IMG/VR virus record: IMGVR_UViG_3300045806_000063
Span: 32,001-96,000 of that record
Source of the DNA: a virus
Reading direction: 5' to 3' (one strand)
DNA length: 64,000 nt
In this document: piece by piece, positions 37,501-45,822 of the stretch
How positions within the stretch are numbered: the stretch's first letter is position 1
Layout of the letters: every line of letters starts with the position of its first letter
The notes under the pieces: generated by a model
What the model saw: only the letters and a program-made list of their open reading frames with translations
Told to the model about the DNA's origin: nothing
Database searches by the model: none
Made by a program: the position numbers and the translations under genes

Positions 37501-39069
37501 AAAAGCTGTTATGGTCCAACGACCACTATACCGATAACTGACAGTCAAACTGGTTTTGTAATAGCTATACTATCTACCGACCCAGGAGGAACAGGAGATT
37601 ATGTCAGAAACATTAAGTTGTTTGAAGTGGCTTATGAATCAAACGTATTAGCAGGTGAGATATTCTATCCTGAGTTTATAAGTCGTTTAGCTGATTTTAA
37701 ATGCTTGAGATTTTTAGACTGGGTACGCGGTGATTCATATCAGCCTTTAACTACAATTGAAAACTTAACAGTAGAATCTGAAGTTAGTTGGACTAATAAT
37801 AACATGGTTCCTTACAGTGTCATTATTAGCTTATGCAATCAATTGCAAAAGGACTGCTGGTTAAATGTACCACCATATTCAACAGATGGTGATGCATTCT
37901 ATAAACATATCGCTAACCTCTTTCAAACTACGCTGGATCAGTCATTACGTTTATATGTTGAATATGGCAATGAACAATGGAATGGCGGTTTAGGACCTGG
38001 TTACTGGCTAGATAAAGGGGCGGCGTACTACGGGATAGTTAGTCCTATAGTAAACCCTCCCAATCCTGCATTTTATAATGAGATGTATTTCTACGCAATG
38101 ATGTCCCAATATGTGTTCACTATCTTTGATGATATATTCTCTGGATTTAAGGGACAGTTAATACCTGTAAGGCAATGGGATAATCCTAGAACACAACGAC
38201 GGCGTCTATTCAGATGCTTAAGTACTATGATTAATGGACAGACCATTACTAGTCAGATATGGCAGTTTGCTTTACTCTTTACTAAGGGCGCATATGGGAT
38301 ACCATATGACGTTATAACACCTAACGCATATATCGATATTTTAAACGATCCAACATATGTTGCTAATCAACGGTCAGCAGCACCTGCTGAATACCCATGG
38401 ACTATGTCTGAACTAATACCTATCTACTGGAATCAGGCTAATGTACAGATGACCCAGGAGGCTGCGGCTACTGCAGGGATATTAGCTAGTCAACCGTTAG
38501 CAGGATACCCCACAGGGTTGTTAGGTGTAGATGCCACAGGTACGCAGTTTAACCCATTAATATGCTTTTATGAAGGAGGCATGGGGAGTGCCGGTCCTGG
38601 CCCGCATATGCTTCAAGGATTAACAGATCTATTACAAGGATACGATGGAGCTTTAGCGACTACGTATAACATTACACTAACACAGTTAGAGTGGTGGAAA
38701 AATACCATGATACCAATGATGTCTGGAGATACAGATGCTATCGTGTATAATATCTGGGAAACTGCTGGTAACTGGGGAGGGTCTGATCAATGGGGATTAG
38801 CAGACAAAGGACTGTATAGCGATACCGAGTATTATCAGTTTCCTAAAGCTACAGTCTTTACTCAGTCTTCAGGTCGTATGGGGTACTCTACCACGATTTT
38901 AAATGGAGCACCTCCAGGGTTAATGTTAGCGAAACCACAAGTAAGAATAGGGAATGCCTGGGTTCCTGCTTATAACGTCTATGTAGCTGATGAAACAGGT
39001 AATTGGATAATAGCAGGAGGCAATACCTTAAACGTATGGTTAGGTGGTGCTTGGACTAACCCACCATAA
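34561..39069 (+). CDS. Large multi-domain fibre/depolymerase: CBM-like domains plus a C-terminal putative clan GH-A glycoside hydrolase
   Basis: 1502 aa; NTEYTISFS and DVYTVSVWAK CBM-like strands; PEFISRLADFKCLRFLDW, LCNQLQKDCWLNVP, YVEYGNEQWN, FYEGG. Confidence 0.65.
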   Translation: MNLIPFPLSYDFNYWNFTYSTLAAGGSQAGITVSTAEYMNPASSSNLTTQIVADVGSFGGVDISMDLLPNTEYTISFSVMGIDSNVGPLALRLSYSAPPGPPEMYWNGSGVAGYNTAGDVFEYPPLYVPGTDSYVQYTWTLTTPSTWVTGSTNNTIFTIYLTGATALSFYGLEVNTGPTPDTYVEPTSFAYDIASIPYLNNYVEPYAAYYPSVDLYNNIGERLTIPFDPSSLATTTILGKNFIPYGNTFGKLLNPTTYAYTVNPYSGLVVNANTVLAPVDPINNPAYLGYCADVLMPSSNPALLTNYSGATIIWPNIPAMVIGDVYTVSVWAKAKYLPLTASITMSPGGNWSTGIQSPGSEGNLADPAWKTLNGYFSIILQNDTNNAGLSSDEGIPSSIHIPTADLLFTKRADQISATSINGVSSLVMQSYLTGLTYDISTVLESTLPVDVLAAKYGVVLYQDIPYNANLDTYNYDFWAKIAQDQLVTIGGTSSVVINSAIHAEIISWAMIYTLLDGSKVVVLQKWFDTLEGDSWRWQQSYGYLTYSSTLQDFTKPVGFGFVFSGSLSIYGGLRIYDHNPAASAPLVIDTATWTRFNLTFTATEGMSALSHFYDQPGISTGSYVAPQDNSLNIYIFQPTEPIPNTTFLPWAPVWSAVELYGLMINAGPTPGIYFPDPSSPVTYGTNGIKPLVNTSSPAISYATGDITISVPGIPAWSDKPHHPIGINVTGSNSYSSALTFLNLMKLSTAGKVKTINDPTGTWVNGPVHGWNLYRSISVNGIDTSFNVLDTEVNLSAPTFVTAATTMTSLVASGDNYTAFNPTNLVRTLTGIGVAPNTKVVDYVVSLDGLTITWTVDTPFTGDSSGSYQIHMELVDSIDAMALDSDGYPTILPAGYYLYGIVYRSTPLSFMMANVSIYDMPYLRSGLYKLTWDGTGTVSLNTNISMVPAQFPATVVSGTSNSVIYSVDCSGNTIDGISTATKSCYGPTTTIPITDSQTGFVIAILSTDPGGTGDYVRNIKLFEVAYESNVLAGEIFYPEFISRLADFKCLRFLDWVRGDSYQPLTTIENLTVESEVSWTNNNMVPYSVIISLCNQLQKDCWLNVPPYSTDGDAFYKHIANLFQTTLDQSLRLYVEYGNEQWNGGLGPGYWLDKGAAYYGIVSPIVNPPNPAFYNEMYFYAMMSQYVFTIFDDIFSGFKGQLIPVRQWDNPRTQRRRLFRCLSTMINGQTITSQIWQFALLFTKGAYGIPYDVITPNAYIDILNDPTYVANQRSAAPAEYPWTMSELIPIYWNQANVQMTQEAAATAGILASQPLAGYPTGLLGVDATGTQFNPLICFYEGGMGSAGPGPHMLQGLTDLLQGYDGALATTYNITLTQLEWWKNTMIPMMSGDTDAIVYNIWETAGNWGGSDQWGLADKGLYSDTEYYQFPKATVFTQSSGRMGYSTTILNGAPPGLMLAKPQVRIGNAWVPAYNVYVADETGNWIIAGGNTLNVWLGGAWTNPP

Positions 39070-39105
39070 CACTTCCCATGTAACTATAAGAAAGGATAAT
39101 TCGTT

Positions 39106-39417
39106 ATGAAATTAACAGATCTTAATCCACGCTGGGTGCAGTATAGTGGACAGAAACTTGGTATTATATTTGACTGCCCACACTGCAGACAAATTAGACT
39201 GTCAGTTGCTTTTCATCATGACTTTTTCGAGATAAATAGAAGCTTTGAACTAGACATAGAAGATCAATTTATACTTGCAACTAACCCATCTGCTAAAATC
39301 TGGACAGAAACAAATCCAGAACCAGATACGTTCGATAATCTAACACTAACCCCTTCCATTGACTGTTCTGCTAGTGGACACTGGCATGGTTTTATATCAA
39401 ACGGGTTCATTAAATGA
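39106..39417 (+). CDS. Small Cys/His protein, DUF6527-like
   Basis: FDCPHC ... LTLTPSIDC...HWHGFI.NG. Confidence 0.6.
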   Translation: MKLTDLNPRWVQYSGQKLGIIFDCPHCRQIRLSVAFHHDFFEINRSFELDIEDQFILATNPSAKIWTETNPEPDTFDNLTLTPSIDCSASGHWHGFISNGFIK

Positions 39418-39447
39418 AGTGTACTGCTCAATAACGTAGCGGTTGAT

Positions 39448-39481
39448 AAAGAATGGGTGACTATAATGTCACCCATTCTTT
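39448..39481 (+). terminator. Hairpin, 14-bp arms, followed by T-run
   Basis: aaagaatgggtgac-tataat-gtcacccattcttt. Confidence 0.75.
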
Positions 39482-39547
39482 TAATTATTTGAAATCATTC
39501 TATGTCATACCAGTCGATATCATATTCTTCAATATAAGGAATTCAAA

Positions 39548-39988
39548 ATGCCTGCACAATTTACACCACCGTTCAATTTTGATACAATAGTAGGAGCCGT
39601 TCCTATTGATGACTTACAGCAAACAATTACTGCAATTGCTGCAGCAATCAATAACAATGCTGCCGCTACTCTGCAACTGCAAACAGCTACTTTGTCTACT
39701 GGCGTCTCCGGTATCACACTGCCTGCAAATTCCGCAATCACACAAATTGCTGTTCGTAATGCTTCAGATACCGCAGTCACTGCATTTACTGCTGGTACGA
39801 CCAGTTCTGGCACTGAAGTGTTGACCGCTACTGCCGTAGCTGCTAATGGTAACACTGCTAGTGCTCTTACAATCGTGCATTCTTCAACTTTGGAAGTTAG
39901 CGCTTTTGTACCCAGTACCGAACTGTTCTTTAACTGGGTAGGCGCTACTCCTTTGACAATAACCGTTGCTTACTTCATTGTCGGTTAA
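39548..39988 (+). CDS. Putative decoration/fibre protein
   Basis: PFNFDT..VP.DDLQ N-terminus shared with 31948; LP.N..I...GTT..GTEV C-domain shared with 40034. Confidence 0.62.
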   Translation: MPAQFTPPFNFDTIVGAVPIDDLQQTITAIAAAINNNAAATLQLQTATLSTGVSGITLPANSAITQIAVRNASDTAVTAFTAGTTSSGTEVLTATAVAANGNTASALTIVHSSTLEVSAFVPSTELFFNWVGATPLTITVAYFIVG

Positions 39989-40033
39989 GGTTAGTCCTGT
40001 ATACTCAATTTATTTTTAATAAGGATTTATTCT

Positions 40034-40633
40034 ATGCCCGATACTACTATAAAAACGATAAATAACGTAAAGTTAGACCATAACTTTTCTGTTCTGGATT
40101 CCCGAGTACATACACTTGAAACTACCCCATCTGGTGCCACCGGTCCTACCGGAGCCACCGGTCCTACCGGAGCCACTTCTGGCATCACTGGCCCAACCGG
40201 TGGTACTGGACCTACCGGTGGTACTGGACCTACTGGTCCTACCGGGGCCACTGGACCTACCGGGGCCACTGGACCTACCGGGGCTGCTGGACCTACCGGT
40301 CCTACTGGGGCTACCGGTGCTGCTGGCGGTCCATTGACCGCTACTGTTACCTTAGCTGCCAATGGCACTATCGACCTGCCAGCAAAGGCTGTAATTTCAG
40401 ATATTATCTTTGATAATCCATCTGGAACAGGCGTAACATTGACAGTTGGTACTACTCTGGGTGGGACAGATGTTGTGACCGCTGTTGAATTAGCCAGTGA
40501 AACTATTCAAGCTGTCGGAGCTGCAGGTTTAGGTATTCGTGCATTTTACAATATACAAACCCTGTATATCGATTCTGGATATTGGGGCACTGCATCTGCT
40601 ATCATTACTATAGCTTATACGCTGGCTGGTTAG
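40034..40633 (+). CDS. Collagen-like fibre/decoration protein
   Basis: About 21 G-x-y triplets, then [10 protein letters not shown]...GTTLGGTDV domain. Confidence 0.72.
   Translation: MPDTTIKTINNVKLDHNFSVLDSRVHTLETTPSGATGPTGATGPTGATSGITGPTGGTGPTGGTGPTGPTGATGPTGATGPTGAAGPTGPTGATGAAGGPLTATVTLAANGTIDLPAKAVISDIIFDNPSGTGVTLTVGTTLGGTDVVTAVELASETIQAVGAAGLGIRAFYNIQTLYIDSGYWGTASAIITIAYTLAG
40133..40327 (+). repeat. Collagen-coding tandem 9/18-bp repeats
   Basis: e.g. ggtcctaccggagccacc, ggtggtactggacctacc and ggggccactggacctacc units in tandem. Confidence 0.85.
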
Positions 40634-40647
40634 TCACTGTTAAAATG

Positions 40648-40683
40648 AGATTGTCTACCGTCCTTAGGGACGGTAGACAATCT
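40648..40683. terminator. Hairpin, 16-bp arms, 4-nt loop
   Basis: agattgtctaccgtcc-ttag-ggacggtagacaatct. Confidence 0.75.
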
Positions 40684-40737
40684 TTATTAATATACGACTT
40701 TTGTCAATTTTATAGTGCAATCAAATAGAGATATCTA

Positions 40738-43200
40738 ATGTTCTTTAAATCAATATACTTGAAAGGCTGTAAATCCTTACGAGTTTTAAGTAACACTGAT
40801 GCAATCCAAATCTTCCCAACTACTGATCTAACGATGGTACTTGGAACTAATGGTGGAGGGAAAACAAGTTTACTAAGACAGATAACTCCAGAAGGAGCTA
40901 CGGAGAAAAACTTTATAATCGGTGGTAGCAAGATAGTAGATATAACTCATCGTGGATCTGAATATAAACTAACTTCAATAGTTGGGAAAACACCAAAACA
41001 TACTTTTGTTAAAGATGGGACCATTATACATGAGAATGTGACAACCAGTGTCCATAATCAAAAGGTTGTAGAGGAGTTTAACTTCAGCCCAGTTATCCAT
41101 AAGCTTTTAATAGGTGACTTGCATTTTACTCAAATGACTCCTACTGATCGTAAGGAAATATTAACACTAATAAACCCACTAGATTTAACATATGGGTTAA
41201 AGTTTCATTCTGACCTTAAGGAACAGATACATGATACTCAAGCTGTGCTTAAGCATATAACAATTAAAAATGCTGATAACAGAACTAAGTTAAATGCATT
41301 AAAGGTACCAGCAAACATTAATGAAACAAAGGAAAAGATAGAAGCTGAAATTAGCAGACTGCTTCCCTTCTCTGTTATGGAAGTAGATAGCGTTCCAGGG
41401 ACTATCAGCGCCATGCAAAAACAGTTACAAGAGTTAGAAAAGAAGTTTGATAGGTTTGATAACAGAAGAGTTTCGTCTGATAAGATTACCACAATTGAAG
41501 ATTTAAATGAATATGTAAATGAACTTAGTACTGAGCGTTTAATTATTCAAACTGGGATTGATAACCTAAATAAAGAACACTTTGCTTTGTCTAGTATTGG
41601 TTCTGATATTTTAACTCAAGAAATGACAAAAGTGGAAATTGAAGAAAAGATATATTATCTAACTGAGACTCTGGCTAATAAATATAAAGTCGCCATAGAT
41701 ATCCATTTAGACGGAGCTGACTTAGATAAGATGCAGTTAGGCTATGGTAAGATAGGTGAAACCCTTCATGATATATGGAGTTGGTTACCTGCAGTAAATT
41801 ATACCCAAGAGGAAATTGCAGTTAAAAGAAAGCGTAATAGTTGGATTAATGAAATCGTCATCGATAAGGAAAGAGAGAATAGAGTACTGCAGTCTGACCT
41901 TGATCATTATAAAAACCCAGAATCAATTATGACCTGTCCAAGATGTAATACTCAGTTCATTAAGTCAGGTGGAGATCTAGTCACATTAATCAACCATACT
42001 AACATAACCTTTAGTGCAAATGTTCAGTTAATCGATGGCTTAAATAAGGAACGTGAAGCACTCTCTATTGAACTATCAGATATACTGGCACAAGAGGAGG
42101 CAGTTAGTCGTATCTCCTTACTAAAGCGATATACGGCGGAATGTATGGAGTTCTGGAGTGAGTTTAGTTTAGCGACTGACATTATATTCAAAAGAGACAT
42201 CACAGCTAATAAATTACACCGATATATTTCAGGAATAACATATGCTAAAGAAAAATTAGAATTGGAAGCAGAACTTAACAGATATTCAAATCATCTATTA
42301 GTAGCTCAGTCATATGGGGCACACACAGTAGTTCGAACTGAAGCTATCCAAACTGAAATAAATTACAAACTTGAAAAGGTGAATGAACTTAAGGATGAGT
42401 TATCAAAATGTATTAAATTAACAAAGTACATTAAACATTTTTCAGATATATCGGATCAGTATAGTGAACTGGTTAAAGCTCTTAAAGCTAAAGCAGTTGA
42501 AGAAGCAGAACAGTCTGTAAAGAAATATGCTAAAACTAAGATATCCGAACATTACAATGAGGTAGCTCAGCTTCTGCATGTCTGGAATAAATATAATGCT
42601 CTTTTAAATTCCATAACAGAGCTGGATGATGAGCAAGCTAAGTTATCTGAAGAATTAAAGAATCTACGGATAGCTGAAGTTATTATCTCCCCAGTTAAAG
42701 GTGAGATAGCAAGACAGATGCAGGAGTTTATTAATGAGTATACTTCAAGAATTAATCAGATAATAGCTTCTACCTGGTCGTATCATCTGGCTGTTGAACC
42801 ATGTCCAATAGCAAATGAAACACTGAACTATATATTTCCATTAACTGTGATGGATAAAAACATTAGTGATATTTCCGTTGGTAGTAAAAGTCAACGAGAA
42901 ATGATCAATCTAGCGTTTACGTTAGTCATGCGTGAGTATCTGGATCTTAAAGATTATCCCTTATACCTTGACGAATTAGGGGTAGGCTATGATGAAGTCC
43001 ATAGGTCTAACTATATAGAATTTGTAAAGGGACTGTTGAATAGCGACGATTGTAGTCAGATATTTTTCGTTAGTCATTACGATTCAATATTCGGAGCATT
43101 CGCTAATGTAGATACTGTTGTTCTTAATGGTGACAACATTACAGTAGACAGAGAAGTGAATCAAATTGTAATATTTAATGAGGAGTATAAAAATGTCTAG
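40738..43200 (+). CDS. sbcC: SbcC/Rad50-like SMC ATPase (phiKZ gp165-like)
   Basis: GTNGGGKT Walker A; coiled coils around a CPRC zinc hook; SVGSKSQ signature; LYLDE Walker B; FVSH. Confidence 0.92.
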   Translation: MFFKSIYLKGCKSLRVLSNTDAIQIFPTTDLTMVLGTNGGGKTSLLRQITPEGATEKNFIIGGSKIVDITHRGSEYKLTSIVGKTPKHTFVKDGTIIHENVTTSVHNQKVVEEFNFSPVIHKLLIGDLHFTQMTPTDRKEILTLINPLDLTYGLKFHSDLKEQIHDTQAVLKHITIKNADNRTKLNALKVPANINETKEKIEAEISRLLPFSVMEVDSVPGTISAMQKQLQELEKKFDRFDNRRVSSDKITTIEDLNEYVNELSTERLIIQTGIDNLNKEHFALSSIGSDILTQEMTKVEIEEKIYYLTETLANKYKVAIDIHLDGADLDKMQLGYGKIGETLHDIWSWLPAVNYTQEEIAVKRKRNSWINEIVIDKERENRVLQSDLDHYKNPESIMTCPRCNTQFIKSGGDLVTLINHTNITFSANVQLIDGLNKEREALSIELSDILAQEEAVSRISLLKRYTAECMEFWSEFSLATDIIFKRDITANKLHRYISGITYAKEKLELEAELNRYSNHLLVAQSYGAHTVVRTEAIQTEINYKLEKVNELKDELSKCIKLTKYIKHFSDISDQYSELVKALKAKAVEEAEQSVKKYAKTKISEHYNEVAQLLHVWNKYNALLNSITELDDEQAKLSEELKNLRIAEVIISPVKGEIARQMQEFINEYTSRINQIIASTWSYHLAVEPCPIANETLNYIFPLTVMDKNISDISVGSKSQREMINLAFTLVMREYLDLKDYPLYLDELGVGYDEVHRSNYIEFVKGLLNSDDCSQIFFVSHYDSIFGAFANVDTVVLNGDNITVDREVNQIVIFNEEYKNV

Positions 43201-44083
43201 TACTGATGATTTGGAAGCAGCTTTAGGTAAGGCTATGCAATTGATAGATAAGTTAAATAGCCGTGTAAACGAGTTAGAAAACCCAAAGACTACTCTGAAG
43301 GATATAGGGTATGGTACTGTACTAGCAGATAAAAATAACGACTCTAAGCACCTCTTAGTGCATCTCCATGAGGAGTTTCCAAATATGGAAGGTGATTTAT
43401 CATCACTTCATACTAGTGTTGAATATTCAGGGACTGATATTCATGGAGAGTCCTATAACCATACACTTCAGTTTAATAGTGGAGTTAAGGCGATCTGGCT
43501 TGAAAAACCTAACCAAGCCACTGCAGATTGTTTAGTCACAGGTCAACAGGTAAAGATGTATCAGGCAGGAGATGGAGATAAGTATTATTGGGAAGCATTA
43601 GGTAGACAAAAGGAGAAGATGAGAGCTGAGAAAAAGACATACGTCTTTAATGCTTCCAGCGCCCCTAAGGATACTGATATAAATGTAACTCCCGATAACC
43701 ACTATGTCTTTGAGATAAATGGCCAGGATGGTCATATCACTTTAACGACTTCAAAGGACAACGGAGAAGCTTGTACCTTTACGGTACAGTTAGATACAAA
43801 GAAAGGTGCATTTTCCATATCAGATAGTTTAAATAACCATTTTAATATCGATAGCGTAAATGCTAATTTCTTGTATCAGAATACTAAAGGTGGTAAGATT
43901 TCTGTGTCAGGAAAGGATATGGTATTAGAAGGAGAAACTCTTCATGCAAGTTTTACTAACATTATTTTAAACGGAGATACTCAAGTAGTAAAAACATTAA
44001 CAACTGCTAGCATCAAAAATAGCGGGGATATCGCCACTGCAACTATTGGTGATGTTCCGGTAGCTAATTACCAACATAGTTAA
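43193..44083 (+). CDS. Baseplate central spike/tail-tip protein (phiKZ gp164-like; start moved to 43193)
   Basis: RBS GAGGAG; OB-fold-like region (KAIWL...GQQVKMY..GDGDKYYW) followed by short beta-strand repeats. Confidence 0.68.
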   Translation: MSSTDDLEAALGKAMQLIDKLNSRVNELENPKTTLKDIGYGTVLADKNNDSKHLLVHLHEEFPNMEGDLSSLHTSVEYSGTDIHGESYNHTLQFNSGVKAIWLEKPNQATADCLVTGQQVKMYQAGDGDKYYWEALGRQKEKMRAEKKTYVFNASSAPKDTDINVTPDNHYVFEINGQDGHITLTTSKDNGEACTFTVQLDTKKGAFSISDSLNNHFNIDSVNANFLYQNTKGGKISVSGKDMVLEGETLHASFTNIILNGDTQVVKTLTTASIKNSGDIATATIGDVPVANYQHS

Positions 44084-44113
44084 CAAGAGGAAACAAAATG
44101 AAATATCAAGTAA

Positions 44114-44185
44114 GGTGGCATTTTACTGATTGATGAATTTGAAACAGGGATGAGTCCAGACCTATTGGAAATATTCATTCCATAA
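44114..44185 (+). pseudogene. Possible relic of an ABC/AAA_21 ATPase (Walker B fragment)
   Basis: Stop-bounded frame GGILLIDEFETGMSPDLLEIFIP*; an out-of-frame micro-ORF with a strong RBS starts at 44098. Confidence 0.35.
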
Positions 44186-44224
44186 ACTTTTACACGTAGC
44201 TGACGTAGACTTAAGGAAAGCACA

Positions 44225-45820
44225 ATGAATACCAATCTAAAATGTTACATCAAAGGATCTCCGGAACAAGAATTTGACGAAACTGTTACTTATTCAGTTT
44301 TACAATTTTTACTAAACGATGAATCAAACTGCGCTGATCCATATCAGGCAAGTGTCGTTTTGGTGTCTGAATATGGTTTCGTATTAGTAAGACCAGTCCA
44401 TGAAATTTGGATCCTTGTTCCAGTTCCGACATTAATCCGGGTCAGATATGATCAGCCTGAATTTAGTTTTACTTTTGATAAAGTAGCTAGGGTAGAGATG
44501 GTTTGGCTCGATCCTGAAAATCCTTTAAGTGACAGGGCAATGGCGTTCACCTTTAAAGACCCATATCCTCCAGTGACAATTAATTTTGGATCGGATCTGG
44601 AGAATAATCCTGTTTACCAGGAGGCTAATCGTATCATGCTAAATTTAATGACAGCAGAACCACATAAGCGACCTGCTTCAGTTCTCCTCACTGATAAAAT
44701 AGAGAGTGATAAAATTGATGAAAGTCTGAAACCTTTATTTAAGGAGTCTGATAGAAGTATGATGCGAACAATGTATGGTTCTGCAGAGGCTCATGGGATG
44801 TTCAGTCCTTTCCCTCACCTAGATGAAAGTCTGAAACCTTTATTTAATATGGTTCGAGACTTTCATACAGAAACTATTGGTGAACTATCAGATAAAGAGG
44901 ATGGAGGGAATCAACTGGATGAGATGTCAGCTTATAAAAAATATGTAAAGGAACAAGAGGCTGAAGATGTTAAACCTTTATGTGAACTACGGCATACGGT
45001 AGTGGTAGCCAAGGCCGAAGAAGATGTAGCCGCCATGGTCAAATCTCTAGAAGGACCATCTAAGAAATTAAAAGGTATGACGGATCAGATAAATTTACTA
45101 CAATTGGTGGCTGACCATGAAGCTTCTGCCGGGAATGAGTTATCTCAGATCGTGCCCAAATATCCCGATGGGTTAGTGGCAGAACCAGATGGGGGGGATA
45201 AAGCGAGTGATGATTTATGCGAGTTCCTTCGGCGAGCGTACGAACGTTTAAGTAAGGATAAGGAATTAAATTTGAACAGTCCTGAGGGGTCTATCAGTTC
45301 TGAACATCTTCAAGAAATCTTTGATGAAAATAAAACGGAGCCTGATAGAAGTATGATGCGAACAATGTATGGTTCTGCAGAGGCTCATGAGATGTTCAGT
45401 CCTTTCCCTCACCTAGATGGAAGTATCAAAAGTTATTGTCTGGACTTGAATGAGTTACCTAAGGAGCTACCCACACCCTCGGGTAGAGATGTCGTAGTAC
45501 CTCAAACCGCTGAATGTATGAAAGTTTTGTCTGATTCAGTTCAGGGTGTAGATGAGAGAGCTGACAAGAAGATTGATGAAGCTTACCAGCGTCTTAATAA
45601 TGATGATTTGCGTGAGTTACAAGAGCCAGCCATTGAATGTTTATCCAAACATAAGTGGGAACCTCATCAGGACTCTCACTACTATCTACGTTATCTACGC
45701 CTTCGCAGTTGGGAGGAGGGTCCTAAACAATCATCTGGTTTCAGTGGCCAGAGTAAACCTCAGCCATGGCCTTTTGAAATTCTTATAAAAATCTTAAATA
45801 AATGTAAAGGTAAGGGTTAA
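44225..45820 (+). CDS. Hypothetical acidic protein with internal duplications
   Basis: 531-aa ORF; RBS AAGGA; DRSMMRTMYGSAEAH(G/E)MFSPFPHLD occurs twice. Confidence 0.65.
   Translation: MNTNLKCYIKGSPEQEFDETVTYSVLQFLLNDESNCADPYQASVVLVSEYGFVLVRPVHEIWILVPVPTLIRVRYDQPEFSFTFDKVARVEMVWLDPENPLSDRAMAFTFKDPYPPVTINFGSDLENNPVYQEANRIMLNLMTAEPHKRPASVLLTDKIESDKIDESLKPLFKESDRSMMRTMYGSAEAHGMFSPFPHLDESLKPLFNMVRDFHTETIGELSDKEDGGNQLDEMSAYKKYVKEQEAEDVKPLCELRHTVVVAKAEEDVAAMVKSLEGPSKKLKGMTDQINLLQLVADHEASAGNELSQIVPKYPDGLVAEPDGGDKASDDLCEFLRRAYERLSKDKELNLNSPEGSISSEHLQEIFDENKTEPDRSMMRTMYGSAEAHEMFSPFPHLDGSIKSYCLDLNELPKELPTPSGRDVVVPQTAECMKVLSDSVQGVDERADKKIDEAYQRLNNDDLRELQEPAIECLSKHKWEPHQDSHYYLRYLRLRSWEEGPKQSSGFSGQSKPQPWPFEILIKILNKCKGKG
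44748..45419 (+). repeat. 78-bp direct repeat (44748-44825 and 45342-45419, 1 mismatch), plus a 26-bp repeat (44717-44742 and 44822-44847)
   Basis: Read directly from the sequence; offsets of 594 and 105 bp keep the reading frame. Confidence 0.9.
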
Positions 45821-45822
45821 AA

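Noticed and set aside
40133-40327. Tandem repeats as a CRISPR array
   Set aside because: No unique spacers; the repeats encode G-x-y collagen; no cas genes
44748-45419. 78-bp repeat with an A/G mismatch as a DGR template/variable pair
   Set aside because: Only one mismatch, both copies are in frame in one ORF, and there is no reverse transcriptase in the window
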